Position numbers and translations under genes: made by a program. The notes under the pieces were generated by a model that was not told where the DNA came from, ran no database searches, and saw only the letters and a program-made list of their open reading frames with translations. A stretch of DNA of 64,000 nucleotides, from the IMG/VR virus record IMGVR_UViG_2687453623_000004. One strand, 5' to 3'. This document shows positions 1-7,176 of the stretch, one piece after another. Each line of letters opens with the position of its first letter. Positions within the stretch are counted from its first letter, which is position 1. Source of the DNA: a virus (taxonomy: Duplodnaviria > Heunggongvirae > Uroviricota > Caudoviricetes).

Positions 1-1
1 C

Positions 2-91
2 TGGTCTTATGCTCCGGGGGCAGCATACCGTCCCGACCTGGCCCGCTATCAGGGTACGCTTCAGCCACTGGCACAACAGGAACTGAGAGGA
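2..91 (+). CDS. 3' end of an upstream phage head-morphogenesis gene (partial, start outside window)
   Basis: Open frame from the window edge to TAA at 89-91, directly upstream of the RBS and start of the next gene; identity not determinable. Confidence 0.25.
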
Positions 92-96
92 TAACA

Positions 97-555
97 ATGG
101 CTTCCGATAACCTGGTCAGTATCACCATTAACGATAAGTCCCTGCGCCGGAGCCTCCGTGCGCTGGATCTTGCTGCCACAGACCTGGAGCCCGCGATGCG
201 CAAAATCGCCGGAACCCTGCTGGCGGAAACACAGTTTAACTTTCTTGATGAGGGGCGTCCGGGGTGGATGCCCTCGCTGGCAGCGGAAGAACGTGACGGG
301 CAGACACTGCAGGATACCGGGCGTCTGATGGGGTCAGTATCAACCGACCATGACGACCGGCAGGCTGTTGTGGGGACCAACGTTGTTTACGGTGCCATTC
401 ACCAGTTCGGGGGTAAAACGGGGCGTAATGAGTCTGTTGAACTTCCGGCCCGCCCGTTCCTGCCGGTGACGGGGGATGGAGAACTACAGCCTGAAGTGGT
501 AATCCCCATCCTCGATACCATTGTCCGCCATCTTGAATCAGCGGCCCGTCGCTGA
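97..555 (+). CDS. phage virion morphogenesis protein (Mu gpG-like)
   Basis: 152-aa ORF with purine-rich RBS (gagagga) upstream of the ATG; sequence recalls the Mu G family; lies just before protease/scaffold and major head genes in Mu order G-I-T. Confidence 0.65.
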   Translation: MASDNLVSITINDKSLRRSLRALDLAATDLEPAMRKIAGTLLAETQFNFLDEGRPGWMPSLAAEERDGQTLQDTGRLMGSVSTDHDDRQAVVGTNVVYGAIHQFGGKTGRNESVELPARPFLPVTGDGELQPEVVIPILDTIVRHLESAARR

Positions 556-769
556 GTTTTCTCTCTTCAGGCGGGTGATTTATCATTGCCAGCGAATGAG
601 GGGCTGTATTACCTTTATAAAGGCTTTACAGCCTCTGTTTTATAACCGCCTCCGGTTCACCGCATTGCTTTCCCTGTCCTTCTCCCCTGATGTTTTCTAA
701 AGCAGATTAAAATCGCCGGGCCTGCATTTCTCACAAACTGTCTCCGACAACATAACGCGGGACAGCAAA

Positions 770-1885
770 ATGTCAGCCATTCACATTTTTAAAGCCGGTA
801 CTCATACCGATATGCACGGCAAAAAACTGCCGTTCACGCCAGACGATCTTGCCGCCTGCGTGAAAGCCTATGACCCGTCCGTCCATGAAGCACCACTCGT
901 GATTGGTCATCCCAGAACGGAAGACCCGGCGTGGGGCTGGGTGAAAGCCCTGTCGCTCAGCGGCGTCGATCTGATGGCAGAGCCTGCCCAGCTGGACCCG
1001 CAGTTTGCTGAGATGGTCACCGACGGACGATTCAAAAAAGTGTCCGCCTCTTTCTACCTCCCGGATTCACCGTCCAATCCGAAGCCCGGCGTGCTCTACC
1101 TTCGCCATGTGGGCTTTCTCGGGGCACAGCCACCTTCCGTCAAGGGGCTGAAACAGGTGTCCTTCAGTGAGCAGGAAGAAGGTGTGGTGGAGTTCGCCGA
1201 CTGGCAGGCCATCACGAATGCCTCCCTGTGGGGAAAGCTGCGCGATTTTCTGATCGCCCGCTTCAGTCTGGACGAGGCAGAAAAAGTCCTGCCGGAATGG
1301 CAGCTCAACAGTCTGCGCGAAGAGGCGTACCGCGACACACTGTCGCAGGATGCAGCAGGTGCACAATTCAGTGAGACAGGCCCGGGGCCGTCTTCCGCAA
1401 GTAACGAGGAATCATCGATGACAAAAGAAGAGATTGAAGCCCTTCAGGAGGAGAACCGCCGCCTGAAGCAGCAGGCTGCTGATCGCGATGCGCGTGATGC
1501 ACAGGTCAGACAGGAGCAACTGCATAAGGACAATGTGGCCTTTGCAGAAAAACTGGTCGCAGAGGGCCGTCTGGCTCCCCGCGCCTCCTCCGTGGTGGTT
1601 GCCCTGCTGGATGCCGTCGCCGGTGGCGACAAGCCGGTGGAGTTTGCTGAGGGGGAAAGCCGCACACCGCTGGCCACCGCCTTTCGTTCATTGCTCTCCG
1701 ACGGGGAGCCGGTGATGAATTTCGCCGAACAGGCCACAAAAGAGCGTGTCGGCGACACGGTGAAGGTGGATGTGGCAGAGTTTGCGGAAGCCGATCCTGA
1801 GCGTCTGGCCCTGCATCAGAAAGCAGTGGCCCTGTCCAAAAAAGAAGGCATCAGCTATGAGGCTGCTGTCGCACGCTGCCTGTAA
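770..1885 (+). CDS. Mu-like prophage protease/scaffold protein (gpI-like)
   Basis: 371-aa ORF; N-terminal region typical of the Mu I protein family with a coiled-coil-like, charged C-terminal half (scaffold); immediately upstream of the major head gene. Confidence 0.65.
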   Translation: MSAIHIFKAGTHTDMHGKKLPFTPDDLAACVKAYDPSVHEAPLVIGHPRTEDPAWGWVKALSLSGVDLMAEPAQLDPQFAEMVTDGRFKKVSASFYLPDSPSNPKPGVLYLRHVGFLGAQPPSVKGLKQVSFSEQEEGVVEFADWQAITNASLWGKLRDFLIARFSLDEAEKVLPEWQLNSLREEAYRDTLSQDAAGAQFSETGPGPSSASNEESSMTKEEIEALQEENRRLKQQAADRDARDAQVRQEQLHKDNVAFAEKLVAEGRLAPRASSVVVALLDAVAGGDKPVEFAEGESRTPLATAFRSLLSDGEPVMNFAEQATKERVGDTVKVDVAEFAEADPERLALHQKAVALSKKEGISYEAAVARCL

Positions 1886-1899
1886 TTTAAGGAGAGAGC

Positions 1900-2853
1900 A
1901 TGTCTGATTACTTAAAAGGTAAACGTGTCGTTGATCCGGTACTGACCAGTATCGCCCGTGGCTATAAAAATGCCGCATTCATCGGCGAACGTATTTTCCC
2001 CGTCGTGCTGACGGACAAGGAAGGCGTGCGTGTACCGACCTTCGGGAAAACCGCCTTTGTGGAATATGACACCGAGCGTGCCGTCGGGGCGGACAGCAAT
2101 GTTCTGGTCCGTGAAAAAACAGGCACGCTGGACCTGGTGCTGGGTGAACACGATCTGGCTGCGCCGGTGGACTATCGCGAGCAGGCGGAGTCCATGTTTA
2201 ACGAAGAGAGCAAGGCCATCCGTCGCGCCACGAATGGCGTGAACCTGCGCCGTGAACTTATCGCTGCCCGTCTGGCTCAGGATGAAAAGGTCTACCGTAC
2301 CGGGCACGTCAAAAAACTGACAGCCAGTGATCGCTGGGCCGGTGGTAAGGGGGACCCCATCGGGGTGATTGAAGCCGGTATGGAAGCGGTCCGTACGGCC
2401 ACGGGGCTGCGTCCTAACCTGATGACCATGGGGGCCGGCGTGATGGCGCTGCTGAAGTTCCACCCGGCGATTCAGGCCGCCATCGGAGCCAACGAACGCA
2501 AGCGCATCACCACAGAAATCCTGCAGGACCTCTTTCAGATCGAAGAGATCGTCATCGGTGCCCCAGTCTCCCTGCCGTCCATGAAAGCGGCAATGGATAA
2601 GAACAGCGTGCCGGCGGATATCTGGGGAGACAATCTGATGCTGCACTATGTCGGCAAACCGCAGCCGGGGGCGGACAGCGCGGACGAGAACGAGCCGTCC
2701 TTCGGCTACACCCTGCGTCGTAAGGGGATGCCTGTTGCCGACAAATACGACGGAGCCGGTGGCAAGGTGAAGTACTGCCGTTATACCGATATCTACAAAG
2801 TCGCCGTGGTTGGTGGCGATGCCGGGTATCTCATTACCGGTATCAGTAAATAA
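1900..2853 (+). CDS. major head subunit (Mu gpT-like)
   Basis: 317-aa ORF with RBS aaggagaga upstream; size and position match the Mu T capsid protein. Confidence 0.7.
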   Translation: MSDYLKGKRVVDPVLTSIARGYKNAAFIGERIFPVVLTDKEGVRVPTFGKTAFVEYDTERAVGADSNVLVREKTGTLDLVLGEHDLAAPVDYREQAESMFNEESKAIRRATNGVNLRRELIAARLAQDEKVYRTGHVKKLTASDRWAGGKGDPIGVIEAGMEAVRTATGLRPNLMTMGAGVMALLKFHPAIQAAIGANERKRITTEILQDLFQIEEIVIGAPVSLPSMKAAMDKNSVPADIWGDNLMLHYVGKPQPGADSADENEPSFGYTLRRKGMPVADKYDGAGGKVKYCRYTDIYKVAVVGGDAGYLITGISK

Positions 2854-2862
2854 GGAGGCGTT

Positions 2863-3201
2863 ATGGGAACCACTCAGCAGGTCATTCTGATCACAACCGT
2901 AACGGCAGGGGCAGCACTGGCACAGCAGCGTTTTGTCGGGGCAGATAATACCCCCTGTAAAGCCGGTGCCGCAGCGCTCGGGGTTGCCGAAGTGGATGCT
3001 GTTACCGGCGACAGCACGCCGGTGAGCGTTCTGGGCATTATTGCTGTCGAGGCCGGGGCCGCTGTCAGCCGTGGTGTGGCTGTTCAGTCAGATGCTCAGG
3101 CCAGAGCCGTGCCGCAGTCCGGCGACGGTAAATCCTGTGGTATTGCACTTGATGAAGCCGGGGGTGAAGGCGACGTCATTCGTATCCTGCGCGGGGTGTG
3201 A
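2863..3201 (+). CDS. hypothetical head-associated protein (Ala/Gly/Val-rich)
   Basis: 112-aa ORF with strong RBS (taaggagg) 6 nt upstream; tightly packed between capsid gene and gp36-like gene. Confidence 0.45.
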   Translation: MGTTQQVILITTVTAGAALAQQRFVGADNTPCKAGAAALGVAEVDAVTGDSTPVSVLGIIAVEAGAAVSRGVAVQSDAQARAVPQSGDGKSCGIALDEAGGEGDVIRILRGV

Positions 3202-3202
3202 C

Positions 3203-3649
3203 ATGTACTGCACCCTGGAGGATTTGCTTGCGCAGGTGCCGGAGCGGACGCTTATCGAGCTCACCAGTGAAGAGATGGACTTCGACTCACCTGCAACAGT
3301 GAATACCCGTGTGGTGGACAGCTGTATCCGCTATGCCGACGAGCTGATTGATGCCCATCTGCGCGGACGCTATATCCTGCCACTGGCAGAGATACCGACT
3401 GTTCTGCGGGACATTGCCATCACGCTGGTCCGTTACCGGCTCTACGCCCGCCGCCCGGAAGGTGACCTCCCGGATACGGTGAAGGATGACCACAAAGAAG
3501 CGCTGCGGCAACTCAGGGAGTTACGTGATAACAGGCTCACGCTGGGGCTGCCGTCCACTCAGAAAGATGTGCCTGAGCCTGGCGAGTTTCGTGTACGCAG
3601 TCGCCCGGCCACTTTCGGCGGTCGTGACGGTTTACTGGAGAAATACTGA
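3203..3649 (+). CDS. Mu gp36-like protein (DUF1320-type)
   Basis: In-frame ATG at 3203 two bases after the previous stop (the listed 3041 start overlaps the upstream gene); 148 aa; position and size match Mu gp36 (J). Confidence 0.5.
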   Translation: MYCTLEDLLAQVPERTLIELTSEEMDFDSPATVNTRVVDSCIRYADELIDAHLRGRYILPLAEIPTVLRDIAITLVRYRLYARRPEGDLPDTVKDDHKEALRQLRELRDNRLTLGLPSTQKDVPEPGEFRVRSRPATFGGRDGLLEKY

Positions 3650-4113
3650 TGAACGTTCTGCCCGTCCTTGATGCGGTACTGGCCCGGTTACGCGAGAAGC
3701 TGCCGCAACTGCAGGTGGAGTACTTCCCGGAGAAACCGGCTGAATATCGCCTGAACCATCCGGTTGGCGCGTTGCTGTTGAGCTATGCCGGTTCGCGCTT
3801 TGACAGGCCGGATGATACCGGTGCGGTGATCCAGTCTCAGACTATCCAGCTCTGCGTCACGGTGGTCTTCCGCCAGCTCAACGGTAAAAAAGGGGCGATT
3901 AATGTCCTGGATGCTGTCCGCCGCATTCTCGGTGGCCACACCCCGCCCGGCTGCCGCCGCCGTATCTGGCTGACCCGCGAGGTGTTTATCGGTGAAGTCA
4001 GGGGGCTGTGGCAGTACGCCCTCGACTTCGCGACTGAAAGCGTCTTTATCGAAGACAGCGATTTACCGTCCGGCCCGCTGTTAACCGAAGTGAACTATGA
4101 GGAAAGCGAGTGA
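3649..4113 (+). CDS. Mu gp37-like protein (DUF1834-type)
   Basis: 154-aa ORF whose ATG overlaps the preceding stop (ATGA coupling); size and position match Mu gp37 (K). Confidence 0.5.
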   Translation: MNVLPVLDAVLARLREKLPQLQVEYFPEKPAEYRLNHPVGALLLSYAGSRFDRPDDTGAVIQSQTIQLCVTVVFRQLNGKKGAINVLDAVRRILGGHTPPGCRRRIWLTREVFIGEVRGLWQYALDFATESVFIEDSDLPSGPLLTEVNYEESE

Positions 4114-4364
4114 TGAAAGAATACCGCTATTCCGGCCCGGCCAGCGGCGTCACGCTGTCGGACGGAACCGAAATCCTGCTCTGGCCGGGGAAGACGGTTT
4201 CCCTGCCGGAGGAGCATGACTACGTGAAGGTACTGGTGGCGCTGAAACATCTGACGCCGGTACCTGAAGAGACTAAACCCGCCGGCACACCGGCTGTGCA
4301 GTCACCAAAGCGCAGAAGCAGCAGTGACAGCGAAGTGAAAACGGAGGACACCCATGGCAGCTAA
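4110..4364 (+). CDS. small hypothetical phage protein (Mu gp38 position)
   Basis: 84-aa ORF, start overlaps the upstream stop and its end overlaps the sheath gene start; typical operon packing. Confidence 0.35.
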   Translation: MMKEYRYSGPASGVTLSDGTEILLWPGKTVSLPEEHDYVKVLVALKHLTPVPEETKPAGTPAVQSPKRRSSSDSEVKTEDTHGS

Positions 4365-5781
4365 CTATCTGCATGGTCCCGAAACCATTGAGGTGGAAAA
4401 CGGTGCCCGCCCGGTTAAAACGGTGAAATCTGCCGTTATTGGCCTGATTGGTACCGCCCCGATGGGGGATGTCAATACGCTGGTACAGTGCCTGTCTGAG
4501 AAAGACGCAGCGGCATTTGGCAGCCAGTTCACCGGCTTTACCATTCCGCAGGCGCTGGATGCGATTTATGACCATGGTGCAGGCACCGTTCTGGTCATTA
4601 ACGTCCTCGACCCGGCGAAACATAAAACGGCGATCGAGGATGAGGTGGTTACCTTTGACAAATCGACAGGGCAGGCCAGACTGGCGCATCCGGTTGTCGC
4701 TAATGTGGTGGTGAAAAACAGTGAAGGCAGCACCACCCACACGGCGAACACGGACTACCGTGTTGATGCGCAGGCGGGTGTGCTCACGAACCTGGGCAAG
4801 GCTATTGAGGCCGGTGGCAGCGTGAAGGTGAGCTATGAGTACGCGGACCCGTCGAAGGTGACTGCGGCGGACATCATCGGCGGGGTGAACAGCGCCGGAA
4901 ACCGAACCGGCATGAAGCTGCTTAACGACAGCTTCAACCTGTACGGCTATTTCGCCAAAATTCTGATTGCGCCGGTGTTCTGCACCCAGAAGAGTGTCGC
5001 AGTTGAGCTTATCGCCATGGCAGAGAAGCTGGGCGCGGTAACCTACATTGATGCGCCTGTCGGTACCACCTTTGCACAGGCTCTGGCAGGTCGTGGCCCG
5101 GAAGGCACCATCAACTTCAATACCAGCTCCGACCGCGTCCGTCTGTGCTATCCGCATGTGAAGGTATATGACCCGGTGACAAACACAGAGCGTCTGGAGC
5201 CGCTCAGCCAGCGTGCAGCAGGTCTGCGTGCCAGAGTCGATCTGGACAAGGGCTACTGGTGGTCATCCTCCAATCAGGAGATTCTGGGGATCACCGGCGT
5301 GGAGCGCCAGCTGTCCGCGATGATTGATGACCCGCAGAGTGAGGTGAACCTGCTTAACGAACAGGGGATCACCACGGTATTCAGCAGTTACGGCAGCGGC
5401 CTTCGTCTGTGGGGTAACCGGACGGCAGCATGGCCAACGGTCACCCATATGCGTAACTTTGAGAACGTTCGCCGCACCGGTGATGTGATCAACGAGTCCA
5501 TTCGTTATTTCAGCCAGCAGTACATCGACATGCCGATTACTCAGGCGCTGATTGATGCACTGACGGAGTCGGTCAACGCCTACGGTCGCAAAATGACTGG
5601 TGATGGTGCGGTACTGGGCTTCCGTTGCTGGTTTGATCCGGCCCGCAATCCGGAGACGGAGCTGGCCGCCGGGCACCTGTTGCTGAGCTACAAATATACG
5701 CCACCACCGCCGCTGGAGCGACTGACGTTTGAGACTGAGATCACCTCGGAATACCTGTTAACCCTGAAAGGGGGCAACTGA
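4354..5781 (+). CDS. contractile tail sheath protein (Mu gpL-like)
   Basis: 475-aa ORF; size, position upstream of the tube gene and sequence character match myovirus sheath proteins. Confidence 0.8.
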   Translation: MAANYLHGPETIEVENGARPVKTVKSAVIGLIGTAPMGDVNTLVQCLSEKDAAAFGSQFTGFTIPQALDAIYDHGAGTVLVINVLDPAKHKTAIEDEVVTFDKSTGQARLAHPVVANVVVKNSEGSTTHTANTDYRVDAQAGVLTNLGKAIEAGGSVKVSYEYADPSKVTAADIIGGVNSAGNRTGMKLLNDSFNLYGYFAKILIAPVFCTQKSVAVELIAMAEKLGAVTYIDAPVGTTFAQALAGRGPEGTINFNTSSDRVRLCYPHVKVYDPVTNTERLEPLSQRAAGLRARVDLDKGYWWSSSNQEILGITGVERQLSAMIDDPQSEVNLLNEQGITTVFSSYGSGLRLWGNRTAAWPTVTHMRNFENVRRTGDVINESIRYFSQQYIDMPITQALIDALTESVNAYGRKMTGDGAVLGFRCWFDPARNPETELAAGHLLLSYKYTPPPPLERLTFETEITSEYLLTLKGGN

Positions 5782-6302
5782 TGTCAAAGATTGAGATAAA
5801 CCGCATCACGAATGCCAACATCTATCTGGATGGTACTAACCTGCTGGGACGGGCTGAGGAAGTTAAACTCCCCGATGTCTCCATGATTATGCAGGAACAC
5901 AAGGCGCTGGGGATGGTGGGTAAGGTGGAACTCCCGGCTGGTTTTGACAAACTGGAAGGCGAAATCAAATGGAACAGCTTTTACCGCGATGCGATGCTGT
6001 CTGCCGCGAACCCGTACAGGTCGCTGGCACTGCAGTGTCGTTCCAGCGTCCAGCGCTACAGCTCGCAGGGGCTGATTGACGAAATCCCGCTGGTCACCTT
6101 CCTGACGATTATGTTCAAGAAGAACCCGCTGGGGACGTTCAAACAGCACGAGAACGCCGAGTTCTCCAGTAGCTTCACCTGCACGTATATCAGACAGGTA
6201 CTGGATGGTGAAGAGCTGCTGCAACTGGACTATCTGGCCAACATCTTCCGGGTCGGCGGTGTTGATCAACTGACTGACTACCGTATCAATATCGGGGGCT
6301 GA
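5781..6302 (+). CDS. tail tube protein (Mu gpM-like)
   Basis: 173-aa ORF whose start overlaps the sheath stop; sheath-tube gene pair. Confidence 0.65.
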   Translation: MSKIEINRITNANIYLDGTNLLGRAEEVKLPDVSMIMQEHKALGMVGKVELPAGFDKLEGEIKWNSFYRDAMLSAANPYRSLALQCRSSVQRYSSQGLIDEIPLVTFLTIMFKKNPLGTFKQHENAEFSSSFTCTYIRQVLDGEELLQLDYLANIFRVGGVDQLTDYRINIGG

Positions 6303-6304
6303 CG

Positions 6305-6586
6305 GTGAGTGTTGAACTGACGGATAAAGGAGGACGATGTGCGGCACTGGGCATGTCAAATGGTACGTGGTTTACCCTCCTTGATATTCCGGGGGTGGAA
6401 ACCCTTTTTAATACCCGTAAAACCAATGACCCGATTGACTGCACACGTTCAAAGGCCCGCAAACTGGCGGATTTGATTGAAGCATGGGAGCCTCCCGACC
6501 ACTGGTTCTCCGGCATCGGCAAATCTGAGGGAAAGACGCTTCTCATCGCTTTCCTGCGTAACTGCAAGGGGTTTCGCACTTGCTGA
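6305..6586 (+). CDS. hypothetical protein (possibly shorter, from ATG 6353)
   Basis: 93-aa ORF beginning with GTG at 6305 (G-run 6 nt upstream) or an internal ATG at 6353; no recognisable family. Confidence 0.25.
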   Translation: MSVELTDKGGRCAALGMSNGTWFTLLDIPGVETLFNTRKTNDPIDCTRSKARKLADLIEAWEPPDHWFSGIGKSEGKTLLIAFLRNCKGFRTC

Positions 6587-6683
6587 CATCACAGGGGCTC
6601 CGGCCCCTTCTTCTTAATCTCCTTTAATATCCGTCACGCGCTTCTCCCGACATACTGCCCTGAACTTACACAGGAGCACAATC

Positions 6684-7019
6684 ATGTCACAGACCCCATC
6701 CGATACTTTTAAATTGTCTTATCCCTTCACCACTGCTGCAGGCACCAGAATTGAGCTGGTTGAACTGAAACGCCTGACGGTAAAAGACCTGAAGCAGGTG
6801 CGCAAAATCAGCAAAAACCCGGCAGACTGGGACGAACCGCTGATTGCCCGCAGTACTGGTCTTCTCCCGGAGGATCTCGACAATATGGATCTGGCTGATT
6901 ACCTGCAGTTACAGAAACGATTTCAGCTCATCACGGGGATGGGTGAGAGCAACCAGGGCGCTGACGCAGGCGCAGGGGCTGCTGGCGAGATGGTTCCGGT
7001 TTCAGCCGGGGGAGATTGA
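6684..7019 (+). CDS. tail assembly chaperone (Mu gp41 / P2 gpE analogue)
   Basis: 111-aa acidic ORF immediately upstream of the tape measure gene; RBS caggagca upstream; overlapped at its 3' end by a second frame (see frameshift product). Confidence 0.6.
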   Translation: MSQTPSDTFKLSYPFTTAAGTRIELVELKRLTVKDLKQVRKISKNPADWDEPLIARSTGLLPEDLDNMDLADYLQLQKRFQLITGMGESNQGADAGAGAAGEMVPVSAGGD

Positions 7020-7101
7020 TGCCCTCGATACTGACGATCTGGAGATGTGGCTGGAGCAGGCTGAAGAGCAAATCAAAAGCGAGTACGGCGACAAATCATA
7101 G
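6684..7101 (+). other. putative programmed-frameshift product of the tail assembly chaperone (shift to the +1 frame, equivalent to -2)
   Basis: Second frame 6844..7101 has no plausible start of its own, overlaps the last third of the chaperone gene and adds ~28 aa (…RFQPGEIDALDTDDLEMWLEQAEEQIKSEYGDKS); a G5 run at 7008-7012 lies in the overlap. Confidence 0.4.
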
Positions 7102-7176
7102 TACAGACAGCCGCCAGTAGCGGCTGTTCTGCGTTATCCCCTCACGTCTTTTCACCTTCCCCGGAGGTTAACCACT

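Noticed and set aside
1912-2646. 244-aa antisense ORF inside the major head gene
   Set aside because: Overlaps a well-supported structural gene on the opposite strand; His/Arg/Gly-rich low-complexity translation.
6844-7101. Treating the 85-aa ORF as an independent gene
   Set aside because: No RBS or sensible start; it overlaps the chaperone 3' end in the pattern typical of frameshift extensions, so it is annotated as the frameshift product.
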